From assembly GCA_965113315.1 (NCBI GenBank), contig OZ220363.1: 64,000 nt of DNA. One strand, 5' to 3'. Of this stretch, positions 38,317 to 51,373 are shown piece after piece. Origin of the DNA: Podarcis vaucheri (Eukaryota). The translations under genes and the position numbers were made by a program. The notes beneath the pieces were generated by a model that worked only from the letters and a program-made list of their open reading frames with translations, did not search any database and was not told the origin of the DNA. Positions within the stretch are counted from its first letter, which is position 1. Each line of letters starts with the position of its first letter.

Positions 38317-41300
38317 GTAAGCGTTTATTGTTTTTCTATTTCAGATTAGACAGTAACATGTTCTGCTCTTTTGCTGTTGCAATGGCTATCCAGTTTGGAG
38401 GCTTGTTGGTTATATGAGAGTTTTTTGCGTGTGTGGTATTAGACACCATGCAGCAGAGACTTGATGGCTGCCTCGGTTTCCCTCTCATCTAATTTTCTCC
38501 TGGCTGCCACTGAAAAATTAGAACTGCACTGGCCCAGTTCACACATAGCACTAAGCCAAACCATGGCTAAATATGAACATGCAAGTATGTGCATACTTGT
38601 AGTAAACATTGTGACTGTTTAGCGCCTTCCCCAGTCCTACTGCTGTGCTACCTGGAGCTGTGCCATAGTTTGCTTAGCATTACTGTATGTCTGGCCCTGG
38701 GCTTGTGGTTTATCTATCTCAGTGAACCCAATCCAGACCTCTTTGGTGTTTCAGCCTGTGAGCTGCTGCAGCAAAACCTTCTGCCCTGGCCAGTTTGTGT
38801 GGAAGGACTGTGCAAGTGGTGGTGGTTATGCCACTTCATCAAACCCATTGCTAGTGGTGAGGAGTTTAGATTAAATCTGCTCTCCTGAAGTCTCCAAAGC
38901 CTTGATGCACTAGTGGTACATTTTAATTTTCCCATACAGCTCTTTGTATCCTGGTCTGATTCCATTAATAGAAGTGTAAATTCAATGGCCAACTCAAATT
39001 TGAGTGAGAAATTTCAAATTCTAATGGCAGTGATTTGAGACTTTTTGCTAAAATTTGGATTGTGCTACCTACATTTTATTAATAGGATTCAAATTTACCC
39101 CTAATATTTGAGACTATGTATATTAAAAATATATATAAATTTAAAAGTTTGGGGGGAGAAATGAATATTGCTTAATTTTAAACAATTTTTGGGGCCAAAC
39201 TAGGTGAAACATTAGAGATCTGTGACTGGTTCTGCCTTCTTTTCAGCAGATAACAGCCACAAGGTACCCATTCCAGATTAGGACAGCAGCACTGTGGAAT
39301 GAAGGTTAACTCTTTTTCCAAATGCTGTTTACCCAATGAAAATACCCTGTCAACCACTGCTTTCTTTGCTCTGAGCCAAGGCAGTTTTTCAGGAACCAAA
39401 AATAAGAGTGGATAGCCTTTTTTACTGCACAGAACCACTCTCAGCTTGCGCTATAGGTAGGACTCCAGTTTGGCTGGGTCCCTGCTCTACTTAGCATAAT
39501 GATTAATCTACTCCTAAATTGAACAGCTCAAATTACAAATATCATCCCTTGGCAGTCTTTCCACCTAGATGCAGCTGTTAAAGTCTTATATGACTTGCCT
39601 CATTACACGCCCTTGATTACATATTCTCTTTTTAGCTCATTGTTTAGAACATTTTCCAGTGAGTTAAGGAAAAAGAAATGTGGAGAGAGTATTATTCTTT
39701 TTAATTGGGCGACGTCCCATAGGAGTCTCTTTTAGAATTATCCCTGTCCCTTTGGTGAAAATATGTGTGATAGTTAAATATATGAACCAGCAGGTGGCAT
39801 TCTTTCCTACTCAAAGGTTTCTGGAAGGGATGTAACATTTCAGCAGATTTACATGTTTAACAGGGTATTGACACAGATTAGAACGCATTTGCCTGGCTAA
39901 GCTTTTCTAGCCCAGCTGCGTTATGCTGGTTGGAAATATTCTGATAATGCTTAATACAAAATAAAGTTGATGTTTCATCCCATTTATGTTTTGCAAATGA
40001 GTGGTAGATTTTTCCTTTCTCTTTTTCAGTTTCTAGGCTAGAAAATCCCTTTTCCTGAAAAGCAACAGGAAGAAAAAGAAGCTGACTTTTTGTGCATTTT
40101 GGAGAGTTAGTCTGACTGTACTTTGTCATAGCTGCTCACATAGTCATTCAATCATGCAAAAAGACTGCAAAATGTTCCTTGCTTGATTTGGCACCTCTTC
40201 AGGTGTCATTTTCAGAAGGAGGGCAGCAGAAAATCAGAGATGGGGAACATTATGGTGGAAATTAGGTCCTCCGGGAACATTATCAGATATCTTCTTGTCT
40301 AATTCTGGCCTTATACTTAGAACTGATTTTTTTTTTTAGTGTGAGCTGACAGCAGTCTAAACTAACATTGAAAATCTGGCACAAGATAGATTAAAAGCCA
40401 ACAATACTGGGCATAACCCAGGCAAAGTGCACAAAGAGTGGCTTGTGGAGGTCTCCTTCCACTAAAATTATCTGAATCCAGCCTGCAGGGCATTGTGGCT
40501 TCTCCTGCTTTAACATGGCTGAACCAGAAAACAGCTTACCTGTGACTTATTTATTTATTTATTTACTTAGTAAATTTATGTACAATTCCTCATCTAAAGA
40601 TCACATATACTGTGTGCCTCCACCACAGCATCCAGTGGCCCAGGTAGGGACCATATCAAGGATGCAGATTAATCCTGATCAGGATGCAGTTGAGGAGGCT
40701 GGGCCATGATGAGAGTGTGTATTTCACAGCAGGGTGAGGGTTACAGTTTGGGGCGGCATTGGGTAGGACAACAGTGTGTTTGGGAACCATGTCTGTGTGT
40801 CCTGGGATCACCGTCAGTGTACTGCTGCTCTCTGTGAGGCCTGATGCCAGTGGTCAGACAGATTGGGCACTGGTCAGGAAGCCAAGGGGCTCAGCAGGAT
40901 CCGTCTTCAACCTGGCCCACCTGCGCCTACAGGGCAGCTGGATGCTCATTTTAGCAGGTGGTGGTACCATATTATTATTCATAATAATTGAATTTGTATA
41001 CTTCATTGGAACATCGCAGGACAGTTCACAATACAAAAATACAAAATGAGAACACAAAATACATAATAAAACAAAAACAAACCAGTGATAAGGACTGCAT
41101 TCACCTGCTTCGTTCCCAATGAGCCAAAATTCATTCAGGGATTGAATGTGGCTTCACATGCATGTTTTCTTGCCCATCCATGTGAGAGCTGCACTTCCTA
41201 CACAGGGATAAGGAATAGTGTCATCTCATTCTGTGCAACTAGGTTCAAAAGCATCAGGGAAACTGAACTAATTAGGGCCCCTTCACTTGTTGCACACAGT

Positions 41301-43618
41301 TTCTGTATGGAAGGTACTTGCAGTTTGTGTAACAAAACAGGGAAGAGCTCAGTGGGTGGCCTAAGAGAAAACATGATCTCTCAGAGAATGATAACTTGGG
41401 TCTACTTTGCACAGTTGAAAGGATTACTGAACTAAACAAAAGAAGCACTATATTAAGGATGGAGAACCAGAGGCCCAGGGGCCACATCCAGCACTCACAG
41501 CCTTTCTGTTAATCCAGCACCCTCTCCTTCAAGCCCTATACTCTCATCAGCATAGGCCCAAACCCTCATACCAATGCCTGCCAAAGTAAGTCAACAGCCT
41601 CCATGCTTGGAAGCACTTGTATATTCAAAGAAGTGTCTGTGCCTTTCCATTCTTCCTCTGGCATTCTTGCCTGCTCTCAGAAGTGCTTGGATGCTCCAGG
41701 GAGTTTTCTGCAGCTCTTGACTTCTTCCAAAAGCACTTGGGTATGTTCAGAGGCACTTGTCCATTACTGCTGCCTCCCACTTATCCTAAAGCAATAATTA
41801 TCCCAATCAGAGTTGTTTCATGTCCCTCAGTCACAACCAACATAAGCAAAATCAGACTTCAGATTTCTCTCTCACACACTGCCCTGTTGTTGTTAGATTG
41901 ATTGAAAGAAAGCTTTCTGTTGTCATTGTCCCACTGGGGACAGAGAGCACAGCTTGATATAAAAGACAAATAGCATAGGGGTACTTGAAAAAGCGAGAGA
42001 TAATACACAGAGATGGGGGAGGGCAGAGAGACACAGAGACGGAGAGGGTGGAAGGGAAGGAGAGCAAAACTCCTGTTGCCCTGAACTGTAGGAAGGAGTA
42101 GCCTGATAAGATGAATCTGGAGAATCTGGAACAGGGAAAGCTGAATGTTATACAAAAGCATGCACCCAAATGTGTATTTGTGTGGAAGGATGGGTGTGAA
42201 AGGGATGTGAATAGGGTGTGTATGTGGTTCCACCCCCACCTACTTTTGCTTTATTCCCTCCTGCTGGCATGTGGCCTCCAGATGTTTACCCATGGGGAAT
42301 GTGGCCCTTGAGCTGAAAGCTTTCTCCTGCACATGCACTGTGCTACATGCAATTGAAATTACTAAGAAACCCATGTATAGATTGTAACTTGTGACTACAT
42401 GCAAGTCTTTCATTATCCACATGCTCTGAGAAGCCACGGCCAACTAAGTTTTCTCAGTGTGAGGAGAAACTTTTTATCAGAAGTTACAATCGACACACTA
42501 GTTTTTGTACATATCCTTAAAGTAATTCTTACAGTAATTGACTGTTGAAATGGGAATCAGTCATGGGGCAAAACAAAGCATCATTCACTAAAGCATTACG
42601 TTGTGCCTTGGAAATGAAGCAGAGCTGACTGTCTTTACTCAGCAACTCTCTTAACACATAGGTGGATTCTTGCTGCTTCCTGATTTCTCCAGACTGGAAC
42701 TATACAATGTCAAAGTTGCACCTTCTTCTGAGAGCAGCTGCTGCTTGTTCTTGCTACATGCACTGCAGTAGCTCAAATTGTAAGGGTCCAGAGTGGGCCT
42801 GGCCTTGTTACCTTTTGTAATCACCCCTTAAGAACATGGTTTTGCTAAAATAGGAGAGGGGGAGTCAGGAGATAGGCCTTACTGATTTCATAACAAACTC
42901 CCTTGTCCTGCTCTGTCATAACTTGAGCAGTGCCAAACACTTTTGTTTGGGGAAATTTTAAATTGTGTCACTGCACATCTTTGTGTAGATAGACTACACA
43001 GAAACAAAGCACTTCAGTTTAGGAGCAATTTGAAGAAGACAGGGAGAACTCTCCTATGTCTACGGATTGTGATAAGAATCAGGAAGATTTAACTGGCTTT
43101 CTCTTGTTTGCTGGACAGAAAAGGAACAATACATATTATGCCCCATTAATTTTGTTGGAGCTGTATTTCACTCAGATTTAGTAAACTATGCTCAAAGGGT
43201 TCCCGCAAGTTAAAAAGCAATCCAAATTTCCATATGTAGAAGGGGTTTAGTGATTCCCCCACCATCCCTGCCAAAATATTAAAATTGATCTAGGCTTTAA
43301 TGTTAATTATCAAGAAAAAGTCACCTTTTTATGGGAGTAAAGATCTGTTTAAAACAAACCATTTATTATTTTATTGGGAAAGCCTTAACTGACATATTTG
43401 TATTGAAAGGTCTCCCTCAATGACCACAAGGAATGTTATAAAATTTCTCTGTGGATATACTGTTATCCATCAGGTAACCACATAATAATTATCTATTCAA
43501 AAAAAACAACAACACTGGTCAGCCCAGGTATTGTGCAGCTAAAATTGATTATGTGTGGCTGCTTTTCAAACTGACTAAGTCTAGGAACTTTTTCATCATG
43601 TTCTATTTATATGTTTAA

Positions 43619-43753
<135 letters not shown>

Positions 43754-44630
43754 TGATTTGTTTCTACTCTTATGATACTTATTTGCATATGCCTTTATTA
43801 AACTGATGGTACACTAACTGAGAGGAATGTGAATCCCACACCAGCTCAGATTGAGTAATCTAATTTAGATTTCATTTACAAGGTACATTGTGATACTAGA
43901 TAGCAGGCTTGGAGAATCATTAAGTTTTTCATTGTTATAATAATATATGTTGTGTTTCTTCCTTGTCCTCTCCTGGTCCTGCATCTGTTGTTCTACCCAG
44001 GGCTAAGCCACAGTTTGGCTTAGCATCACATCTGAACCTGAGCATTTATTTATTTATTTATTTATTTACGGCTATTAGCCCATAAAGTGAACCTGAGCAT
44101 GTGGTTTGTTTCCTCTAAGCAAAGCATGAGTTGTAAACCAATAACAAACCATAGTTGTGGTTCATGGTTTGTCTGTAGTAAGACAAACCACAAGCCTGGG
44201 TTTGGATATACTGTTACGCCAAACCATAGCTTTGCCCCAGGTAATGTGGCAGCAGCAGAACTGGAGGAGCATAGCAGTCACTATAATCTCTCCAGGAACC
44301 CACATGTTTGCTTGTCTGCAAGTCACTATCAAAATGGCATGGGTCACATGCAAAGTCACTGGGTGGAGCTCAGAGATGGTTGGGTCACAAAGGAGAAGAT
44401 GGGCTGAAGCAATATTGTGATAATAATACCCAGTACTGAACTTAACTTTAATATTCAGTAAAGTGGAGAGTGAGTGTTTGTTATTGAAGTTATATCAACA
44501 TTATCTACATCTGACAAGATACACACTCATCCAGGTGCCTAATACCTTGATTTGAATGTTCTTATTGACTGCAAAATAAGGAAGCAGCAATCTTTTATGG
44601 GGTTCAGTTTTGTTTTCTGTTTCTCTTCAG

Positions 44631-44742
44631 GAGCTTTTAACATGCTGTGAAGAAGGGAAGGGAGAACTCAAGGATGGTTTGGAAGTGATGCTCAGTGTTC
44701 CCAAGAAAGCCAATGATGCCATGCATGTTAGCATGTTGGAAG
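44631..44742 (+). CDS. KALRN: KALRN exon (end of DH1): [37 protein letters not shown](G)
   Basis: ctcttcag| acceptor, AAG|gtaagc donor, 112 nt; the catalytically important AND motif is intact. Confidence 0.96.
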
Positions 44743-45471
44743 GTAAGCATATTTTGACAGCAGGGAGAGGAATGTTACTACATACATACATACATACATA
44801 CATACACACACACATACATGAATGAATACGCCAGTAAGTGCAAAAGTGAGCGTTCTTTTGGATGGATAAATAGATAACTGCATTTACAGATACTTGGCTT
44901 TACTAACTAACTTTGCAGATTCCTGCTCCCAAAGAAATAATGAAAGAAAGAACTTGAGACTGTCTATAACTTGTGCCACGCATTCTTAAAAGTTTTTGTT
45001 TTCAACACACGACATACCTCCTTGAAGTTGCCACACTTTGTCCAAGTTTAACTAGTACCCCATTCCTTTCTCGACACATCTTCACCAATCCCTTTCCCTC
45101 TTGTTGCATAATATATATATTTGTTCTGTACAGTAGTTTTGTACAACTTTAGCAAGTGTGTATTTGCATCAGAGTTCCAAAGGGCCATTGCTTCCTCACC
45201 CCATTTATGGAATCCCCCTTTGGGGAAGGAAAAGGGGGTCTCGGTGGTGGAACACAAGATTGATATGGCAAGGAGGTCAGACACAATCTCAGACTTGCAC
45301 AGAATTTCATGGCATTTATAGATATGGCACATATGTCCTCTTCCCTTACTTTTGGTAATTCTTTAGAGAACAAGTTTCATTTCTCAGTCTCTGTCTTATC
45401 AGTTTGTCTAAACCCAACTTCATTTCATGATCTTTATGTTTTTCATTTGATCTGATTTGTTTTATATGTAG

Positions 45472-45662
45472 GATTTGATGAAAATCTGGATGTTCAGGGA
45501 GAACTGATCCTTCAAGATTCCTTTCAAGTGTGGGACCCCAAATCTCTCATCCGGAAGGGTCGTGAGAGACATTTGTTTCTCTTTGAAATTTCTCTTGTTT
45601 TCAGCAAAGAGATCAAAGATTCTGCAGGGCACACTAAATATGTTTACAAGAACAAATTACTG
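45472..45662 (+). CDS. KALRN: KALRN exon (PH1): (G)FDENLDVQGELILQDSFQVWDPKSLIRKGRERHLFLFEISLVFSKEIKDSAGHTKYVYKNKLL
   Basis: tatgtag| acceptor, CTG|gtatgt donor, 191 nt. Confidence 0.96.
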
Positions 45663-45970
45663 GTATGTTTGCTGAGACTATGATGAATGTTTGTATGGGC
45701 TTATTTTTTAAGTATGAAGGGTGGAGAATTAAGGTGTGCATGTCTTTGTACCAAATTTGGAAGATGCTAGCAGTTTGGTGCCACATCCCATGAGGATTAG
45801 CTTTATTCTACTTTACTTGGGAAGCAATGTGCAGAGGATACCTGAAAAGGCTTAACACAATTCAATAAAGTTACATTCGTTGCAGTATGATACTAGATGT
45901 GAGTTTCTTCCTAGCTTCAGTTCCAAATCTGTAGAAAATGTGTTTCCCAATCATCTCTCTTTCCTAACAG

Positions 45971-46072
45971 ACCTCAGAGCTGGGAGTGACAGAGCATGTG
46001 GAAGGAGATCCCTGCAAATTTGCCTTGTGGTCTGGACGGACTCCCTCCTCAGATAACAAAACAGTGCTGAAA
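45971..46072 (+). CDS. KALRN: KALRN exon (PH1): TSELGVTEHVEGDPCKFALWSGRTPSSDNKTVLK
   Basis: cctaacag| acceptor, AAA|gtgagt donor, 102 nt. Confidence 0.95.
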
Positions 46073-46546
46073 GTGAGTCTCCAAGTTTATTTTCTGTGTC
46101 TTCATCTCATTGTTCTACCTCAGCAGCCATATGTTGTTAGATAAATCTAGCTCTGTGGTACAGCTGGCAGTTTGATATTGAGTCTGATGTAGAATAGAGT
46201 CCAGTTCTTCAGACTGTGGTTCCTTAGCAGTTCTCTACTTCCACAGCTAGGAGTCTGCATACCTATACAGTCCACCTAATGATGTTGCATTCATAATGAT
46301 GTAGCAGCTGAACTGGCCTTGAGGTAGGAGTTAGGATGCTGTGCCCATATGATTTAGCCACCTTGGGTCCTGTGCTGTGATGGGGATGCAGATCCTGCCA
46401 AACACAATGGCTCCTGTTCACCCACTCTCCCCATTTTAGGGCTTTCTACCAGCAAGTGATTGGGTTACCCCCCCCCCGCCAAGCTACTTATCACCAATTG
46501 GCCTAAAAGTTTCCCTCATGTCTCCCCAAGAACAACTTAAAGTAGC

Positions 46547-46889
46547 ATAAAGTTAAAAGACCCCTGACCGTTAGGTCCAGTCGTGGGTGACTCTGGGGTT
46601 GCGGCGTTCATCTCATTTTATTGGCCAAGGGAGCCAGCGTACAACTTCCGGGTCATGTGGCCAGCATGACTAAGCTGCTTCTGGCGAATCAGAGCAGCGC
46701 ATGGAAACGCCGTTTACCTTCCCGCCAGAGCAGTACCTATTTATCTACTTGTACTTCATGCTTTTGAACTGCTAGGTTGGCAAGAGCTGGGACAGAGCAA
46801 CGGGCGCTCACCCCATTGAAGGGATTCGAACTGCCGACCTTCTGATCGGCAAGCCCTAGGCTCTGTGGTATAACCCACAGTGCCACCCA
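46547..46889 (-). mobile_element. Sauria (Squam1) SINE, near full length
   Basis: Diagnostic ttccgggtcatgtggccagcatgact and gtttaccttcccg...gtacctatttatctact segments; B box GTTCGAATC on the minus strand; degenerate (ACCTTT)n tail; CpG-rich. Confidence 0.9.
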
Positions 46890-48100
46890 CATAGAACTTG
46901 GCTTAAGACATGCATGGTGAATAATCAGAGATAACAAGGTTTTAATGAAGCGTAGATAAAAGTATACTAAAGTGATACAATAATTTCTTAAGAAAAGGGT
47001 TTTACGTGGAAAGGTTATAGAAAAACAAACTCAACCCACAAATGGAGCAAAAAAACAACAACAAATTAATCATGAAGGCTTACACACAAATTCCACACAC
47101 TCTCTAGTCACATTCCTTAAGGCTACAGACTTAGGACCATCTTGCAATATTGATCTGCCTCTCTAAGGATTTCCTGGGTACTTGTAACCTGAAAGTTCAT
47201 TTGATTTACAAATCAAACAACACACCTTTCAAAGGCTTGAAAGAGAATGATGGCCCTTGTCCTTGATAGACAACATACTTTCCTAACTAAAACAAGGCAC
47301 CTAGCAAGTTAATTTTTTTAAAAAAAAGTAAGTTCTAGAAGGTTGATAGGAAATTAAATCATGCCCAAGCATTGCTAGGAAAAATCCATGTGGTCCAATT
47401 GAATGCAGATCAGGTACAAATTATCAGATTCATGAGACTGAAGTAGTCTGCAGGTTGTTTTTTAAAAAAAAGTTTTTATTAAAGATTTTCTTATGTTAAA
47501 AAACAAACACATAAACAAGGAAGAGGACATTTTCAATTCATAGAGTCTTTTTCATAGTTGGTTTATGTTCAGTATGAGACACTATTGTTATAAACATCAT
47601 GCAGTTGTGGGGGGAGAGAGGGGGGAAGGGGGAAATGGTCTGTGGTGTTGACATGGTGTGACGTAAGGAATGTATTTGCTATTCATTGCTTATAACAAGA
47701 GAATCAAGTTCACTGAAAGTTCCTTTATAGTATTCCCCCCTCCCTTAACTACTGCCCAGTCTCTCTGGATTGTTTTGACTCTAACGATTTTTTCACCACC
47801 TGAACAAGCTGGTCATTTTTGCTGATTGATTTTGTTTTAACAAGGACCTTGTAGCATACAGAAATCCTAGTTATGGAACAACATCCTATTTCCCCCTCTG
47901 TCAGGCATATTGTATTTCATGTACTACACACATTTATCTAGTTTTTGCTAAAGCAGCTGGTCAGGTGCTTTTGACACTTGAACTACTTATGATTTACCCA
48001 GGCAGATTGTTCTCTAATGAAGAACAAAGGAATGGAAGAAACTGAAACAAAGCACTAGAACATGAAGCCATACTTCTGCTTTCTCTGTTGAATTCTTTAG

Positions 48101-48243
48101 GCATCCAATATTGAAACAAAACAAGAGTGGATAAAAAATATTCGGGAAGTGATTCAGGAAAGGATGATACACTTAAAGGGAGCCTTGAAAGAGCCAATAC
48201 AGCTCCCCAAAACCCCAGCAAAGCAAAGAAACAACAGTAAGAG
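48101..48243 (+). CDS. KALRN: KALRN exon (end of PH1): ASNIETKQEWIKNIREVIQERMIHLKGALKEPIQLPKTPAKQRNNSK(R)
   Basis: tctttag| acceptor, GAG|gtaatc donor, 143 nt; contains the TPAK motif. Confidence 0.95.
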
Positions 48244-49262
48244 GTAATCTTAGTAATTCCTTGGAATAGTCATGATTTTTAATCACTTGATGCTCTGCTT
48301 AAGGTAATTGGTTTGCTATGCAATGGCTTTGTGAAGATTTGTCAGTGAGGGAGAAATTGTATAAATAGCTGTTTCAGTGAAATATCAACAGCACAATAAA
48401 CTTTGTCTACAGGGATCAGTTTCTCCCATAGCCATAACCTTGGATCCAGCAGAAATCAGGCATGGCTCTGTCTCTCAGCTGCCCAGCTGGTTCCTTGCTT
48501 CTAGTTCACACTCCTCAACTCTGGTCTTTCTAACCAACAGTTATATGTGCCCCCCCCCGAACCATTTTACCTCTAGCTTGGAGCCACTTCCTTTGTTACC
48601 TTAGCAACCCATACTTAGCCAGCCATTACCAAAAAACTTGCCTGGCTATTCCAGCAATTGAATCTTTGTTGGATTCAGGAATTAGAAGGGACTCAGGCAT
48701 ACAACCTGCCCCCTGCTACATACCAAAAAAAATCACAATAGTATGACTTACAGAGAGAACATTTGAATGGAAAGGTAGGAAATACTCCAAACTCTTGTAA
48801 AATGGAGGAAATATATAAAATGGAGGGGAAGGGTATAAGTACATTAATGTTTTGTACGTTTTTCCTTAAAGATTGTTATGCTTTCTTAATTCAAACTACT
48901 AAAAATGCAAGGACTGAGAAATGACCCTTGGCAATTGGCGTCCGTTTTCCAAAACAGCAAGGCTATAATCTAGATAGCTTGGTTTGGTTATGTGAGAAAT
49001 CCAAGCAGAATGGGCTATGGGCAGGCCACCCTCATTACAGAGCTATTTTAAGAAACATTGCTGTCACCATATAAGCCCAGGATAGTCAATTTCCAAGAGC
49101 AAACATGGTTATTATGTGCTAGCTTCATGGTAGAGGTGACATCATTCTAAATTACAGATTGAGTTGTAACACAAATGTGATCGGCTGAGCAACTGACTTT
49201 TCACATACTAGCAGAGCAGTTTTCAAATCCATTGACGAAATTTTCTGGTTCTATCCCCGCAG

Positions 49263-49365
49263 AGAGGGAGGAGAAGATGCTGACAGCCAAGGAGATGGGA
49301 GCAGTCAGCCAGACACAATTTCAATTGCATCCAGAACTTCTCAAAATACAGTGGACAGTGACAAG
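49263..49365 (+). CDS. KALRN: KALRN exon (last exon common to all isoforms before the 3' branch): (R)EGGEDADSQGDGSSQPDTISIASRTSQNTVDSDK
   Basis: ccccgcag| acceptor, AAG|gtagga donor, 103 nt. Confidence 0.95.
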
Positions 49366-49706
49366 GTAGGATTTGTTCTTGAAAATATAGCACTGCTGTA
49401 GAAGAGTCCGAAGTACTGTATTAAACTGTAGTCAGAGATAAAAATTAAGTGTTCTATCTTTCTGGAACTGCTTAAACTGTCTGTTTATGTGCCATTGCTG
49501 CATAGAGTTCATATCAGGTCATGCCCAACTTTGTCCCTCAGCTGACAGAAGTCTCTTTGATCCTGTGGAGGTTTCCATGAGTGGAAAGGGACAGGAGATG
49601 ATTTTTGAAAATTTCCCTTGTGCCGCTTTCCATTCTATTCAAAAACATCCTCTGGAGCAGATTTGAGGGGCACAGAAAATATTACCTCCTCCCTCAGGAG
49701 GTTGTA

Positions 49707-49865
49707 CAGTCTCCCTCAGGAGGTTGTGGATTCTCCTTCCTTGGAGGTTTTTAAGCAGAGGTTGGATGGCCATCTGTCATGGATGCTTTAGCTGAGATTC
49801 CTGCATTGCAGGGGGTTGGAATAGATGACCTTTGGGTTCTTTCCAACTCAAAGATTCTATGATTC
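49707..49865 (+). mobile_element. CR1 3' fragment
   Basis: ccttccttggaggtttttaagcagaggttggatggcc...gattctatgattc. Confidence 0.85.
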
Positions 49866-50813
49866 AATGTTTCTGCCTTTCTACTCATAGAAGCTTCAAT
49901 TGGATCAAATTGCCCTTCTCTCATTGAAGAGACACAATTGAATACAACTCATTCTTTGTGAGTGGGAGCATCCTGGAAAAGTAAAGCAGCCAGGTTGGAT
50001 TCACTCCATAAACTGGATCCAGGGTTATTTTTTCTTTCTTTCTTGGCACATTGGCATTGTGAATTGCACGTCATCCTTAAGCAGTTATCACCAAGAATTT
50101 ATGTGATGCAAATGTAAAAGAGCTGAGTTGCCCTCAAATCTGTGGCACCATAACATGGAAAAGACTTTCCTTTCCAAGTAATGTCCATGTGTTACTCCTG
50201 CTCTGTAATCGCAGGTGGAGGAGGAAGGATGGGCAAGGAGGCAAGGGCTGATTAGCAGGGCCAGCCTGATAGCATATAAGCAACCTAAGTAGTCACTTGG
50301 GGAAGGAATGCTTTTAAGGTTGTAAGTAGATTAGTGTGTGATTTGTAGCCCAGAAACTCTTTCAATATTCTGGATTGAGGGAGGCTCTGCTTGCTTCCTC
50401 GAAATTTTAAGGCACACATTTCAGATTGTACAGCACAATTGCTTGGAGGCATAGACAGATGGGGAATGTGAGCTTGTTGGACCCTGGAAATTGGTGGTGT
50501 TAGAAGAGGCCCTGTCAGGAATTGATAAACCACATATGAAGAGGGCTGCCAGGTCCAGGAACTCAAACGCACTTCAGCAAGAACAGCACAAGACTTTAGT
50601 GTGGTGTCCAAGGTGCACAACCTGGTAAGGAGTCATTTTGTGGGGTTGAATAGTCTCTATCTTTTCTCTCTTTGACATAGTGGAATGCTTGAAGATGATT
50701 GGATTCTGTTTTCATTGAATGCATTGTTCAGATCTGGATATTCAGTTGCCATATTAATTTGATTGGGAACAGAAATGCATCTGCTTGGTATTGTTTCCTG
50801 ATCTTTCAGCGGT

Positions 50814-50840
50814 GACAGACAGACAGACAGACAGACAGAC

Positions 50841-50870
<30 letters not shown>
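50814..50870 (+). repeat. Compound (GACA)n(GATA)n microsatellite
   Basis: Seen directly. Confidence 0.95.
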
Positions 50871-50871
<1 letters not shown>

Positions 50872-50899
50872 GTCCCAAGGCACACAATTCAGAATGCAA

Positions 50900-51047
50900 A
50901 CTTCTGATTCAGTGTATCTGAAGAAGTTTGCATGCACACGAAAGCTTATACCCAGAACAAACTTAGTTGGTCTCTAAGTTGCTACTGGACAATTTTTTTA
51001 TTTCATTTCGACTGCGTCAGACCAACCCAGCTACCTACCTAAATCTA
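50900..51047 (+). mobile_element. Penelope-like pseudo-LTR fragment
   Basis: Closely matches the reverse complement of about 1808-1900 (ttcagtgtatctgaagaag...acttagttggtct.taag.tgctactgga). Confidence 0.85.
50914..50951 (+). ncRNA. Minimal type-I hammerhead ribozyme motif (PLE), sense to KALRN pre-mRNA
   Basis: GUAU-CUGAAGA-A-GUUUG(CAUG)CACAC-GAA-AGCU-U-AUAC; core intact, one U-C mismatch in stem II. Confidence 0.72.
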
Positions 51048-51212
51048 GAATCGTGCAGAAGCAATTACTGAGCTGTAGTTTGATGATTGCTATTGAGTCT
51101 TGAAATAACACTGTTTGGTTCAGGTACAAAAGCAGAAAAGGTATAAAAAATTTCCTAAACTGCCTGAAAAGTATTGTCTATGGTACATTTGGGACAATGT
51201 TATGGTACATGC

Positions 51213-51373
51213 CATAGAATTATAGAAGTGTAGAGTTGGAAGGGTCATCTAGTCCAAAACCCTGCAATGCAGGAATCTGAACTAAACCACTGATGGCCAT
51301 CCAACCTCTGCTTAGAAACCTCCAATGAAGGAGCGTCCACAACCACCTGAGGGAGTCTGTTCCATGTTCGAAC
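51213..51373 (-). mobile_element. CR1 3' fragment (inverted)
   Basis: Reverse complement of the 49707-49865 copy over about 150 nt. Confidence 0.85.

Noticed and set aside
50215-50292. Possible alternative terminal exon (cgcag|VEEEGWARRQGLISRASLIAYKQPK*)
   Set aside because: No similarity to known kalirin tails and no nearby polyA signal; many equally good pseudo-acceptors occur in this intron.
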